Virus record (IMG/VR): IMGVR_UViG_3300035698_026680
Span: 38,500 to 102,499 of that record
Reading direction: 5' to 3' (one strand)
Origin: a virus
Length of the DNA stretch: 64,000 nucleotides
The translations under genes and the position numbers were made by a program. How positions within the stretch are numbered: position 1 is the first letter of the stretch; the number at the start of each line of letters is the position of its first letter. The notes under the pieces are model-generated. The model was given only the letters and a program-made list of their open reading frames with translations. It was not told the DNA's origin and did no database searches. Positions 11,004 through 21,645 of the stretch are shown here, one piece after another.

Positions 11004-12047
11004 ATGGAAAAAAAATACGGTCTAAAACTTGTGGAAGAGTTAAAAAGCGGGAAGAGAAAGAAACTTAAACAAAGTGATACGATTCCCTTCAAATGCACTG
11101 CTTGTGGTAAATGCTGTTTTAACACTGATATTTTATTAAACGCTTACGACATAATTCGATTAAGACATGGGCTTGGAATTTCGACAAAAGAACTACTCCA
11201 GAAAAAATACATTTCTTTTCATATTGGGCCAAGTTCTGGCTTGCCAGTTGCTATGATTGAATTTCAGCAAGTAGACGAAAAACTGTTTCGATGTCCTTTT
11301 CTTTCTCCTGCAATAAGAGCGCAAGTAATAATGGAAGAATTGAAAAAGCTGAAAAAGGTAAAGAGCAAATCAGAAATGAAAAGACTAATGACGATTTTTA
11401 AAGAAAATCCAAGTCAAATAATGAAGGAAATTGGCAAAGTTAAAATTGAAAGATGGCTTTGCTCTGTTCATTCCGATCGACCAATTGTTTGTCGCTTTTA
11501 TCCAACGGGAAGAATTAAATCTGGTAAGAAAAACCAAGAAATTCGAGATTATGAAAACACCTTCTTTCTTCAAGATCCGCCAAAATATTGCAATGGATTC
11601 AAAACTAAGGAAAAACAGACCTTAAAAAAGTTTTTAAAAGATGCTAACTTCTATCAGTATGACGAAGGAAGTGCCAAGTTCTATGAAATCATAGAAAAGC
11701 TAGCTAAATCAGGCCTTTTTGCATCTACAAAAGAGAACAGTAAAAAGTTAGCGACCCATAAACCACTATTATCTGATGGTTCAAAAGTATTTTTCATTAT
11801 TGCTAATATGCTCTACAACTTTGATTCCTTCATTTTTTTCTCGGAAGATAACTTGGTTCAAAGAACAATTACTGAAAAAGATCAGACACACGAAAATTTT
11901 ATGTATGTCCTTAGAAAAATAGAAATGATGATTAATTTGCTAATCAAAATTTATAAAACACAGGGCGGAGAAGCCGCCTTTGATCAATTTACAAACATGA
12001 TGCCTAACAAAGGGGGTGAATCGAACAATGGCAAAAGCCAAAACTAA
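11004..12047 (+). CDS. YkgJ-family cysteine-cluster protein (long form)
   Basis: FKCTACGKCC ... CPFL ... CSVHSDRPIVCRFYP. Confidence 0.85.
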   Translation: MEKKYGLKLVEELKSGKRKKLKQSDTIPFKCTACGKCCFNTDILLNAYDIIRLRHGLGISTKELLQKKYISFHIGPSSGLPVAMIEFQQVDEKLFRCPFLSPAIRAQVIMEELKKLKKVKSKSEMKRLMTIFKENPSQIMKEIGKVKIERWLCSVHSDRPIVCRFYPTGRIKSGKKNQEIRDYENTFFLQDPPKYCNGFKTKEKQTLKKFLKDANFYQYDEGSAKFYEIIEKLAKSGLFASTKENSKKLATHKPLLSDGSKVFFIIANMLYNFDSFIFFSEDNLVQRTITEKDQTHENFMYVLRKIEMMINLLIKIYKTQGGEAAFDQFTNMMPNKGGESNNGKSQN

Positions 12048-12777
12048 AACTATGAGTAGTTTAACGAAAAAACTAAACGAACCTTTACCAAAAGAAGCTA
12101 TTAAGCAAAGAGAAGGTGGTCGTGGCATGATGCTCGATTACCTAGAAGGCTGGTGGGCGATTAAAAACGCTAACAAGCTTTTTGGTATTGATAATTGGAG
12201 TTACGAAGCTGTTTGGGAGAGATTAGAACACATCACTTTGCCTAATACAGCAAAGGGCAAAAAATCAGGTCTTTACACTGTTCCCGTGATTCTTAAAGTC
12301 AAAATTGGTGATAAAGAAGTAGTTAGAAGCGATATTGGAATGACGCAGTACTACGGAGAACAAGGTAAGGAAATGGCGATTAAAGGTTGTGTTACCGATG
12401 CTCTAAAGAGATGTCTTAGAACCTTTGGTGCTCAATTCGGATTGGAGCTTTACGACAAAGGAGATATTACTCCGCCAACTACCAGGGTTCAGGGTAGAAA
12501 GCCTTATTTATCTCAACAGCAATTAATGGAGCAGTTCAAAATGGATGTTAACCAAAAACCGCCAACTTGCCCTGATTGTCAGTCGGGAATGAAGTTAGTG
12601 CCGAGAAAAGACGGATCTAGTCTATTTTGGAGTTGTCCAAATTGGAGAAGTAAGGGTTGTAAGGGTTACAATGTCGATGATGTCGATATTGATGGAAACC
12701 TTACTCCAAAAAAAGGGGCTATTCCAAAAAAGCCCGTAAAAAAGGATGATGTCAAGACAGACGACATCCCATTCTAA
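12028..12777 (+). CDS. Rad52/Rad22-family ssDNA annealing protein with C-terminal topoisomerase-type zinc ribbon
   Basis: IKQREGG ... YLEG ... ANKLFG ... W ... AIKGCVTDALKRCLRTFGAQFGLELY; CPDC ... FWSCPNW ... C. Confidence 0.9.
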   Translation: MAKAKTKTMSSLTKKLNEPLPKEAIKQREGGRGMMLDYLEGWWAIKNANKLFGIDNWSYEAVWERLEHITLPNTAKGKKSGLYTVPVILKVKIGDKEVVRSDIGMTQYYGEQGKEMAIKGCVTDALKRCLRTFGAQFGLELYDKGDITPPTTRVQGRKPYLSQQQLMEQFKMDVNQKPPTCPDCQSGMKLVPRKDGSSLFWSCPNWRSKGCKGYNVDDVDIDGNLTPKKGAIPKKPVKKDDVKTDDIPF

Positions 12778-12786
12778 TTAAAAACT

Positions 12787-12816
12787 GGGGGGTTTGTTAA
12801 AACTCACAAGCCCCCC
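12787..12816. terminator. GC-rich hairpin, probable intrinsic terminator
   Basis: GGGGGGTTTGT / ACAAGCCCCCC stem just after the Rad52-like stop; U-tract is weak on the + strand. Confidence 0.5.
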
Positions 12817-13388
12817 TTGGATCATTACTATGAAAAAAACACATAAACAACTATTCGAAATACTTATCAAATTTTTAGACGTTAAGTCATGGGATTTTAT
12901 GGGGTGGAAGGAGAAAATGGTGTATTGGAGAGTTGGTAACTATTCAGCATCAGACTTACTTTCATTGATGATTTTATGCGATTTTGACTCCAAGGAAATA
13001 ATTTACGACCTTGCAACAATCCTAGGCCAGGAGGAAGTAAGGAAGTTGGTTTTTGGGGAAGAGATATTAGACATTGAAGAACTAGGATTTGAAGCAATTA
13101 CCGATAAGACAAAGACGGTATCTTTTAAATTTCACTCACTCGCTATGATTCTCACCGGCAACCCCATAGACTGGTTAAAATATGCAATCAGGTTTATTGA
13201 AGGGAAAAAATGAAAAAAATACTTGTCTATCGCCGAACAGTTATCTGGGAATTCAAATTCAAAAGATGCTTTAGATGCAAAAGAAGGGTTTGGCCTTTCG
13301 AAAAAAGGGCAAAATCAATAGTATTTTATAAACATAAAAAGAAGCGAAAAAGATTAACTTATTGTATTAAATGTTTAAAGGAGCTAGC

Positions 13389-14147
13389 ATGAGAAATTAT
13401 GATTGCCAAGATTCACATAATGAAGGACAGTTCCCGGGGTTCCCAGAGAAGCTACAATATCAATCATGGCAATTTCCATCTATCATTAATGGTTTTGTTC
13501 ATTCGTTAACAGGGGCAGAATTTAAGGTTCTTTGGTACATTTTACGACACACTTTTGGATGGCAAAAAAACACCGATAGACTATCAATTTCACAGATACA
13601 AAAAGGAATTACTAAAAAAAACGGGGAAATTCTCGATAGTGGAACAGGCCTATCACGACCTAGCGTTATAAAATCAGCTAGTAATTTAGAAACAATGGGG
13701 TTTATTGAGACTAAAAAAGCCCCGGGGAAAGTAACTGTTTATACAGTTCGACTAGTAAAGAATTTTAACCAGACTAGTAAAAAAAGTTTACCAGTCGCTA
13801 GTAAAGAAATTTTACCCACAATAAATAATAATACAAAAAATAATAATACAAATATTCACGAACAAAAAATTCGTGTGTATAAAAGATTCCCAAAAGAGAA
13901 ACAACAATGCGTTCATAGACTTTGTTATCACTTAGAAGATTTGACTGGAACAAGAATCGTTAATTGGGGCAAGCAAGGAAAAGCGATGAGTGCAATGTTA
14001 AGAGCTGGTTTTACCGAAGAAGAAATTAAAAGAACAATCACTTATATGGCTAAAGGCGATGAATTTTTTAGCGATAAAGGTTTTGATCTCGTAACTGTAA
14101 GCAATAGCATTGGCCGTTATAAATCAATGTCAGAAAGGAAATTATGA
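13389..14147 (+). CDS. Phage replication initiator (lambda O-like, HTH)
   Basis: LTGAEFKVLWYILRHTFGWQK ... ISQ ... TGLSRPSV; internal iterons. Confidence 0.8.
   Translation: MRNYDCQDSHNEGQFPGFPEKLQYQSWQFPSIINGFVHSLTGAEFKVLWYILRHTFGWQKNTDRLSISQIQKGITKKNGEILDSGTGLSRPSVIKSASNLETMGFIETKKAPGKVTVYTVRLVKNFNQTSKKSLPVASKEILPTINNNTKNNNTNIHEQKIRVYKRFPKEKQQCVHRLCYHLEDLTGTRIVNWGKQGKAMSAMLRAGFTEEEIKRTITYMAKGDEFFSDKGFDLVTVSNSIGRYKSMSERKL
13750..13856 (+). repeat. Putative replication origin: three iterons plus an AT-rich tract
   Basis: CTAGTAAA...ACC repeats at about 13750, 13772 and 13797, followed by an AATAATACAAA-type AT-rich run. Confidence 0.65.
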
Positions 14148-14436
14148 AACTAACAAAAGAAGAAAGAAACCTTTTACTGTTTCTCGAATACACTGCAGTA
14201 GATCAATGGGGCTGGGTCAAAGACATAAGACATTTAAACGCAGGAGATCTTGAGATTATGAAACAGTGGAATAAGTCTGGTTTTGTTTTATCAAAGCGAG
14301 CCCATAAAAGTAAAGGCAAGCTAACCCAACTCACCTATGTTGTTAAACTTTCTCCTGAAGCATGGGGGATGGCTCACAAGCTAAGGAGAGAAAAAGCAGA
14401 AAGACATATTCCAGAAAAATTTAATAAGGAGAAAAT

Positions 14437-15618
14437 ATGAAAGTAATAAACAAAAAAAACTATAAAGTACCAGTTTTTAATTGGTGTCCAGAAATTGAAG
14501 ATGGTGCTATGGCTCAAATAGACAACTTGGCACAATTGCCATTTGTATTTAAAAGAATTTCAATAATGAGTGACTGCCATCAAGGGTACGGGATGCCTAT
14601 TGGTGGAGTTATGGCCGCCGAAGGCGTAATAGTTCCAAATGCTGTCGGTGTCGATATTGGTTGCGGAATGTGTGCGGTCAAAAGCAATTTGCGAGCAATT
14701 GATACCGATTTGCTTAAAAAGATAATGGGGGAGATTAGGAAAGTAATTCCTTTGGGATTTAATAAGCATGATAAAGAACAAGATATCAAATTAATGCCCG
14801 ACAATGAAGAATTAAAGCTAATAGTTTATCAAGAGTATAACAACGCCCTAAAATCTCTCGGCTCTCTCGGTGGTGGTAACCACTTTATCGAAATCCAAAA
14901 AGGCGACGATGGTCATATTTGGATTATGATTCATTCTGGAAGTAGAAACTTGGGGTTCAAGGTAGCCCAACACTACAACAAACTGGCGGTTGAATTAAAC
15001 GAAAAATGGAAAAGCGAAGTTCCTAAGAGTTGGGGGTTAGCTTTTTTACCAGTGGATTCTCAGGAAGGTCAAGACTACATAAAAGAAATGCAATACTGTG
15101 TTGACTTTGCTTTGGCCAATCGCAAGTTGATGATGGAAAGAGTGAAGGGAATTGTTGCTAAGGTTATTCAGGAAAGTTGGATTGATGGAATAATATCTAT
15201 TGGATTCGAGCCAATGATAAATATAGCCCACAACTATGCTTCTTTAGAGAATCACTTTGGGAAGAATGTATGGGTACATAGAAAAGGGGCCACAAAAGCG
15301 ACCAAGGGGTTAGTAGGCATAATTCCTGGCTCACAAGGGACTAAAAGCTATATTGTCGAAGGCTTGGGCAATAAAGAGTCGTTTATGTCTTGTTCTCATG
15401 GAGCGGGTAGAAAAATGAGTCGAAGCCAAGCAAGGAAAGAACTAAGCCTTGTGGAAGAACAATACAAAATGGAAGGTATTGTTCACGGGATCAGAAGCGC
15501 TCAAGACTTAGATGAAGCCCCAGGATCTTATAAAGACATTGGCAAAGTGATGGAAAATCAAAAAGACCTAGTTAAAATTTTAGTTGAGTTAACACCACTA
15601 GCTGTTATTAAAAGTTAA
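14437..15618 (+). CDS. rtcB: RtcB RNA-splicing/repair ligase
   Basis: DCHQGYGMPIG, VGVDIGCG, GGGNHFIE, HSGSR, HNY, HRKGA, SHGAGR, DEAP. Confidence 0.96.
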   Translation: MKVINKKNYKVPVFNWCPEIEDGAMAQIDNLAQLPFVFKRISIMSDCHQGYGMPIGGVMAAEGVIVPNAVGVDIGCGMCAVKSNLRAIDTDLLKKIMGEIRKVIPLGFNKHDKEQDIKLMPDNEELKLIVYQEYNNALKSLGSLGGGNHFIEIQKGDDGHIWIMIHSGSRNLGFKVAQHYNKLAVELNEKWKSEVPKSWGLAFLPVDSQEGQDYIKEMQYCVDFALANRKLMMERVKGIVAKVIQESWIDGIISIGFEPMINIAHNYASLENHFGKNVWVHRKGATKATKGLVGIIPGSQGTKSYIVEGLGNKESFMSCSHGAGRKMSRSQARKELSLVEEQYKMEGIVHGIRSAQDLDEAPGSYKDIGKVMENQKDLVKILVELTPLAVIKS

Positions 15619-15627
15619 AGGAGAATT

Positions 15628-16065
15628 ATGTATAACCAAGGCCAACAATCAAACAGGGCTTTAAAGCAAGAAAAAGATAAACTTGAAATGCGGAAAACAA
15701 TGCTTGAAAGAACAACCGAAGTTACGACCTATCTGGCTTGGGGTCAATTACCACCATTAGAAAAGCTAAGGATTAAAAATGAATGGATTGCCTATTATGC
15801 AAAAGTTTCCCAAACTCAATCTTTTAAAGAGTTTATGGAAATGAGAGACGCTTACAAAGAAAACAAAATGGCCAGAGTAAAAGAATTGACTCTTAAAGCT
15901 AAGAAAAGAAGGGAAGATAAAAACTTTATGCCCAAACCACAAGATACTGATCCCTGGGAATTCTCTCATGGAGTGTGTGGAACCTATCAGGGTGTTTGCA
16001 ACCGAATTGAACAAATTAGTTTAAAGTTAACAGGAGTTAAAGATGTCCAAGAAATTTTTAAATAA
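15628..16065 (+). CDS. hypothetical protein
   Basis: ORF with AGGAG RBS. Confidence 0.6.
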   Translation: MYNQGQQSNRALKQEKDKLEMRKTMLERTTEVTTYLAWGQLPPLEKLRIKNEWIAYYAKVSQTQSFKEFMEMRDAYKENKMARVKELTLKAKKRREDKNFMPKPQDTDPWEFSHGVCGTYQGVCNRIEQISLKLTGVKDVQEIFK

Positions 16066-16649
16066 AGTTAATATTCTGAATCGCTGGGTAATAACCAGGA
16101 TTCCGGTAGGGAAAGATGCTGTTCCACTAAAGTGGCGAGTTAGCACTAGGTATAATATCTTAGGTTTTAAATTTATTATTTGGGAGTTAAAATGAAAAAA
16201 AGAAAAAGTAAAATATTAAAAATCGCTCTCGTTTTTCTAATTCTTGGTCTATATGTAGATGTTCGAATGATGCGTAAAGGCGATGGTATTTGTGTTGGGA
16301 CTGCCAAACAAAGGACTTTTAACATTCAAGTTATCGTTCCTTTTAGACCCCAAAGAGAAATATTTTATTTTGGAGTCGGAAATAGACACTACAATCATAA
16401 TCGTTATACTACTTATTACATTGACAAAGAAAGAGTTGACGATGAAGGATCGCCTATTGTTTTAGGAAAAAAGACTATTGAAAATGGCTGTTCTGTAAGA
16501 TACGAAGGAGAAGATAGAAGTTGGTTTGGCCGCCATGCTCATTATATTAATTTAAGACCCTTTAATCGAATCAGAGAAGACGGGATAGTTGATTGGCATT
16601 TTGACGAAAGATACATGACTCAAGAAGATTACAAGGAGTGGTACAAATA

Positions 16650-17006
16650 ATGTACGGAAAAGTAGCTATCGACCAATTCGGATTGTTTATTTGCGAGTTT
16701 CCCGTTAGGGGGGCGAATGGCGAACTGGAAACTTGCAAGCATAGGGCCAAAGATCTAGTAAGGCATCTTAGAAGTCATGGAATAAGCTCCAAAGACTATA
16801 AAAAGATGCTCGGGCTAAATCGGAAGGAGTCGCTCCTTAGTGAAGAAACACTAAAAAGTCTCAGGAAGGCCAACATCAAGTACAAAAATTATGAGAATCT
16901 CGAAAAGGGCAAACCGTTTAGATTTAGAAAGGGCAGTTCCCATGCACAAAAGTATGATCGAAGCGAACAAACAAAAAAGAGATTACGGGGCTTGCGAAAA
17001 AAGTAA
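16650..17006 (+). CDS. MucR/Ros-like zinc-finger DNA-binding protein
   Basis: ICE ... C ... LVRHLRSHGISSKDYKKMLGL. Confidence 0.55.
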   Translation: MYGKVAIDQFGLFICEFPVRGANGELETCKHRAKDLVRHLRSHGISSKDYKKMLGLNRKESLLSEETLKSLRKANIKYKNYENLEKGKPFRFRKGSSHAQKYDRSEQTKKRLRGLRKK

Positions 17007-17020
17007 AAAAAGATTATAAT
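16992..17020 (+). promoter_or_regulatory. sigma70-type promoter upstream of the recA block
   Basis: TTGCGA-N17-TATAAT. Confidence 0.6.
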
Positions 17021-17040
17021 ATACTCAGAAAAGGAAAATT

Positions 17041-17325
17041 ATGAAAACAGAAGAAAAAGAGAAGAAATCCTACGATACGACCAACTTCCACATTTTTGTT
17101 TGGCTTTTAATGAACGATGTTCCCTTGATTAAAGTCTTTTGGGCCAGTGATAAATCGGGTGACAGAGATCAGGCACATTTTGTTTTTGAAGACTTCCCTA
17201 AAAGAAAAGAATTGATTGACAAGTTTTTTGAACAAAAGCAATTACAAAAGTGGATTATAACTACTCAGGAAGCTAAGTCTCGAATGTACGCCAATCGGAC
17301 ACCTGTTGAATATGACCGTAAATAG
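17041..17325 (+). CDS. DUF5659-like protein
   Basis: YDTTNFHIFVWLL ... HFVFED ... FF ... KSRMY pattern. Confidence 0.5.
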   Translation: MKTEEKEKKSYDTTNFHIFVWLLMNDVPLIKVFWASDKSGDRDQAHFVFEDFPKRKELIDKFFEQKQLQKWIITTQEAKSRMYANRTPVEYDRK

Positions 17326-18295
17326 CCTAGACAAAGTTGTTCTGAAATTAAACAAGAAATTCGGCCAAAACACTATCGGCAGGGTTAATGTAATGCCGGA
17401 TCTTAAAATCAAAAAGATTTCTTCTGGATCTCCCTATCTTGATTGGGCTCTTGGTGGTGGTTGGCCTTTAGGTAGGTCAATCGAACTATATGGCCCTGCT
17501 TCCGCAGGCAAATCTCTAACTGCTCTAAGAACCATTATCGAAGCTCAGAAATTAGGCAAAAGATGCGTTTATTTAGATGCTGAAAATACCTTCGATCCCG
17601 ACTTCGCTAAGTCAGTTGGCGTTGACACTGATAAGCTAGTTGTCTCTCAAATGACGGGGGGAGAAAATGTATTTGATACAATTAATCTTCTTTTAGAATC
17701 CGATGTTTCTATTATTGTTGTTGATACTGTGGCTTCATTACTTCCTGAATACGAAGAAAACGAAGAAACGGGGAAAATGACAATAGGCTTGCATGCTCGA
17801 TTGATGAGTAAGGCAATGAGAAAAATAACAGGGAAAGCTTCTAAAAACAAGACTCTCATTTTTTTCATTAATCAGATAAGAGAGAAAATAGGGGGCTATG
17901 GAAATCCTGAAATAACAACAGGTGGTAGAGCCTTAACATTTTATGCTTCGTTAAGAGTTGAAGTTAGGCGCGGTGAATTTTTAACTGAAGGCAAGAAAAA
18001 AATCGGCCATCAAATCAAATTTAAGGTTACTAAATCTAAAATCGGCCAACCCTGGCGAAATGGCTACTTCTTATTTTACTGGCCTGACTCTCAAAATCCC
18101 AATCTTGAATTATTTGATAATGCCGATGAGTTAGTCTCAATGTTGCTAATTCAAGGTAAAATTAAAAGGCGTGGGGCTTACTATGATGTTGTTGGTAAGA
18201 CTTTTCAGGGCAGAGAAGAATTAGAACAGGAAGTTAGAAGTAATCCAAAATTTAATAAAAAATTAACAGAGCTATGGAATCCACAGGACCAGTAA
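17312..18295 (+). CDS. recA: RecA/UvsX recombinase
   Basis: Walker A GPASAGKS, LDAE, IVVDTVA, ARLMSKAMRK, FINQIREKIG, TTGGRAL. Confidence 0.95.
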   Translation: MTVNSLDKVVLKLNKKFGQNTIGRVNVMPDLKIKKISSGSPYLDWALGGGWPLGRSIELYGPASAGKSLTALRTIIEAQKLGKRCVYLDAENTFDPDFAKSVGVDTDKLVVSQMTGGENVFDTINLLLESDVSIIVVDTVASLLPEYEENEETGKMTIGLHARLMSKAMRKITGKASKNKTLIFFINQIREKIGGYGNPEITTGGRALTFYASLRVEVRRGEFLTEGKKKIGHQIKFKVTKSKIGQPWRNGYFLFYWPDSQNPNLELFDNADELVSMLLIQGKIKRRGAYYDVVGKTFQGREELEQEVRSNPKFNKKLTELWNPQDQ

Positions 18296-18828
18296 GTATC
18301 TTTGAAGAAGACCTAAAATTTAGCGAAGATGCAACAACAGAACAAATTATCAAAGAGATTTTGCTTAAATACATTCCTGGGGCAATCGAAGTAAAAAAAG
18401 CCGAGAAATGGCAAGATAAACAGGGAACGGATTATTGGGTTCATTGCGGTACTAAAAGACCACCTTTATCAATAGATGCAAAGGTAAGAAGTGTCGATCC
18501 CGTAGAAGAAATGAATAAGGGAAAAATGGGATTTAAGGACGATTTAGCACTTGAAACATGGAGCAAAATTGGAACACAGGTTGGCTGGACAAGAGACAGA
18601 AAAAAAAGAACCGATTATATTCTTTGGTTTTTTGAGTCAACTAGAAGATGGGCTCTTGTTCCGTTCATAATGTTATGCGGAGTTTTTGAAAAATATTGGG
18701 AAGAATGGAAAGGAATTTATAAGGTGAAGACCCACACCTGCAGGGGAGATCTTGACACTTGGGAAAGTGAATGCGTTTTTGTTCCTAGACAAGTAATTTG
18801 GGACAAAATGCAAGAAATGTATGGTTAA
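18274..18828 (+). CDS. PD-(D/E)XK nuclease-like protein
   Basis: QDKQGTDYW ... IDAKVR ... LETWS ... GW ... TDYI. Confidence 0.55.
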   Translation: MESTGPVSIFEEDLKFSEDATTEQIIKEILLKYIPGAIEVKKAEKWQDKQGTDYWVHCGTKRPPLSIDAKVRSVDPVEEMNKGKMGFKDDLALETWSKIGTQVGWTRDRKKRTDYILWFFESTRRWALVPFIMLCGVFEKYWEEWKGIYKVKTHTCRGDLDTWESECVFVPRQVIWDKMQEMYG

Positions 18829-19047
18829 TTAATAAACGAAAGGGGGCTAAAATGGGACCATCATTAGAAAAACAAATTGAATCAATAATGAAAAAAGTGA
18901 GAGATTATCAAAAAGAAGCTGGTCGATCAGAAAAAGGAAGAATGTGGGCGATTGTTAACACTCATTTAGAAACAGCAAAACTGTACGCTAAAGAAATTAA
19001 AACAATAGAATAAACTAATCATTATATTAAAACGAAAGGATATTGAA

Positions 19048-19548
19048 ATGTCACGATCATTAAACAGAATAGAATTAATTGGGAACTTGACGAGAGATGT
19101 AGAGTTAAAATATACTCCACAGGGAACAGCGGTCTGTACTTTTTCAGTCGCTACCAATAGGCAATGGACTGATTCTCAGGGAAATAAAAAGGATGAAGCA
19201 ACCTTTCACCGAATAGTTGCTTGGGCTAAACTAGCTGAGATTTGTTCCCAATATCTTGCTAAGGGAAGAAAAGTCTATATCGCAGGTCGATTATCTAATA
19301 GACGATGGAAAGACGATCAGGGAGTTGACCATTTCGCGACAGAAACAGTCGCTTCTGATATGATTATCTTAGATCGAAAAGATCAAGGGGCAGGTCAACC
19401 ACCCGCTCCCCAGCCACCCGCTCCAACTCAAGGAGTAGCACAATCTGAGCCTGCACAAGCAGCCCCAGAGCCTGCTCCTGCTCAACCAGAGCCAGAGCAA
19501 ACAAGTATTAAACAGGCTGAAAAAGTCTTTAAAGCAAAAGCAGTTTAA
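19048..19548 (+). CDS. ssb: Single-stranded DNA-binding protein
   Basis: LNRIELIGNLTRDVELKYTPQG ... HRIVAWAKLAE ... KGRKVYIAGRL; lacks the DDIPF tail. Confidence 0.95.
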   Translation: MSRSLNRIELIGNLTRDVELKYTPQGTAVCTFSVATNRQWTDSQGNKKDEATFHRIVAWAKLAEICSQYLAKGRKVYIAGRLSNRRWKDDQGVDHFATETVASDMIILDRKDQGAGQPPAPQPPAPTQGVAQSEPAQAAPEPAPAQPEPEQTSIKQAEKVFKAKAV

Positions 19549-19567
19549 TTGTTAACAACCTAAGGGG

Positions 19568-19834
19568 GTGATAGTTATGGTGTTTTTAGCAAGCGGAAAT
19601 GGTCCTGGCAGTAAAGTTGGACCTATTGTGGTGGTAGAAGAAACTCCAACAGCGGTTCCAACAGAAACCCTTGAAGTTAAGCCTACAGAAATTGCTACCG
19701 AATCAGCTCAATCAACTCCATTACCTACCCCAACTCCCGAAGACGGTGGTCTTGGCGTTGTTGGTTGGTGTCTTTTAGGAATAGTCGGATTGTTCGTTTT
19801 GGTTTTAGGTGCGAAAGCAGTTTTTAAGAAATAA
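19568..19834 (+). CDS. Small membrane protein with P/T-rich linker
   Basis: TPTAVPT/PTPTP linker and a C-terminal transmembrane helix. Confidence 0.6.
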   Translation: MIVMVFLASGNGPGSKVGPIVVVEETPTAVPTETLEVKPTEIATESAQSTPLPTPTPEDGGLGVVGWCLLGIVGLFVLVLGAKAVFKK

Positions 19835-20142
19835 TGGAGAAGTGGCAAAAAAAGGAAAAGGATGATGCTAAATCTTTTGGTGGTAAAAGAACTCCCAAAA
19901 GCGGTGGTTATTGGTCTTTCCCTGGAGATGTAACCACCAAGCATTTCCTTATTGATAGTAAAACTACAGAAAAAAAAGGCTTTAGAGTTACAGAAAGCAT
20001 GTGGAAAAAGATCTACTATGAAGCCCTAAAAGCAAGAAAGCTACCAGTTCTTTCAATTTCACTTATCAATGAGGATATCGAACTGGTAGTTCTTGATAAG
20101 AACGATTTTATTTCTTTTCTTAAAGATGATAGGATGAAATAG
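19834..20142 (+). CDS. Holliday-junction resolvase-like PD-(D/E)XK protein
   Basis: GGKRTPKSGG ... PGDV ... IDSKTT. Confidence 0.65.
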   Translation: MEKWQKKEKDDAKSFGGKRTPKSGGYWSFPGDVTTKHFLIDSKTTEKKGFRVTESMWKKIYYEALKARKLPVLSISLINEDIELVVLDKNDFISFLKDDRMK

Positions 20143-21125
20143 ATATGAAAAACAATGTACTCACTAACAATTTTGATTTAGTTATTTATAGTAAAGAATA
20201 TCCCCAAGTCCCTGAAGGCTCACTAATTCCTAAAGTTAAAAACTCTCCTGTAATTTCCGATGATGTGCTAAAATAAGCGACTATAATGCTTATTCTTCTT
20301 GCAGGAATAGGAGTGTCAATCTTGTTTGTGATAGTCTTTATTTTTCTCTTTAAAGGAGAGCAAAGATTCCCGCCACAAGAAAAATAGAAGACTTGAGTAA
20401 AAGAATACTTTGCTGTACTATGTTCCTATAGTTATAGAAAGGAGATATAGTGAGACTTTATCAATACGACGATATTAAAAAACTCAATCAAGCACTAGGA
20501 AGTTTTAAAAGAAATACACTCAAAGTAATTGATGTTAAAATCATAACAGTCGAAGGTAAGAATCAATTTTTCGTAGTGGCAGATCCGCCTTACGACTCAA
20601 AACCAAAGAAAAAGAAGGCCGAAAAGGAAAAGGTAGAGAAAAAAGTAGAAGTAAAAGAGCCCGCTAAGAAGAAAACGGAGAAAAAATGAAAGAAATTAAA
20701 TATGTAGAATGTCAGGGTTGCGGACAAATTCATTACATTGTCGGTAAAAAAGAAGCAGAAACTTTGAAGAAAAAGGGTTATAAAGCAGACGGATTTTCCG
20801 ATAGAAATATGCAGCACTGTTCAAACTGTGGTTCAAAAAAGCAATTCTCAGGAGTAACTCAATCTTATGCGAATCAATATTCGCCAGGTGGAGAAATTCA
20901 CCCGATTCTCTTAACCGATGAGAAGCTTAAAGAACCAAAAGTCAAACCTTAGCGAGTTTCTGGAAGAAATGGCACAATTAGAAGGACTCTTGAAGTCTTC
21001 TATTAAAGTGTCATTAAAAAGAAACATTGAGTGGTATTGTAGTAATAGGATTAAACGATACTACAGACAGTACCGAAAGAATCGTGGTGAAAGCTAGACA
21101 GATAGTGTATAATAAAAAACAATAA

Positions 21126-21193
21126 AGGTCGGGCGCTGGGCGCAAGAAGCACTCCAAACGCTTCTCCGCCGGGTTCAATCCCTGGACGGCCTG
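21126..21193 (+). tRNA. tRNA-Trp(CCA), atypical with a truncated D-arm
   Basis: Anticodon loop CT-CCA-AA; T-arm CCGGG-TTCAATC-CCTGG; acceptor AGGTCG/CGGCCT. Confidence 0.7.
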
Positions 21194-21248
21194 CAAAAAC
21201 TTAACGGGCAACTATTGAGAAGTGTGAGAGCAGGCCACTTCTCAAAAA

Positions 21249-21319
21249 GCGGGGTTAGTTGATTGGCTCAACGAGTCCCTTCCAAGGATTAAAAGCGAGT
21301 TCGATTCTCGCATCCCGCT
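21249..21319 (+). tRNA. tRNA-Gly(TCC)
   Basis: Cloverleaf; AGTCC-CT-TCC-AA-GGATT; U73. Confidence 0.9.
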
Positions 21320-21369
21320 CTATGAGTATTAAAGGAGAGTTTTACCATCGAAGCACAATCACCAAACAT

Positions 21370-21442
21370 GGTGTCGGTAGCTTAGTGGTTGAAGCGCTGG
21401 CCTGTGAAGCCAGAGACGGGAGTTCGATTCTCCTTCGATACC
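21370..21442 (+). tRNA. tRNA-His(GTG)
   Basis: Cloverleaf; encoded G-1:C73; CTGGC-CT-GTG-AA-GCCAG. Confidence 0.92.
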
Positions 21443-21489
21443 CAAGTAGCACTTTAAATCAACAGAATTAATTACATTAAATCGGATAT

Positions 21490-21560
21490 TCCGAGATAGT
21501 GTAATGGCAGCACGGCTGGCCTTGGACCAGCTAATGTAGGTTCGACTCCTACTCTCGGAA
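21490..21560 (+). tRNA. tRNA-Gln(TTG)
   Basis: Cloverleaf; U1-A72; GCTGG-CC-TTG-GA-CCAGC (C33). Confidence 0.88.
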
Positions 21561-21569
21561 CACAGAAAA

Positions 21570-21640
21570 TGGCGTGTAGTATAACGGCAACACGCTCGGC
21601 TGTTAACCGAGAAATCTGGGTTCGATTCCCAGCGTGCCAG
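21570..21640 (+). tRNA. tRNA-Asn(GTT)
   Basis: Cloverleaf; CTCGG-CT-GTT-AA-CCGAG. Confidence 0.9.
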
Positions 21641-21645
21641 CAAAT

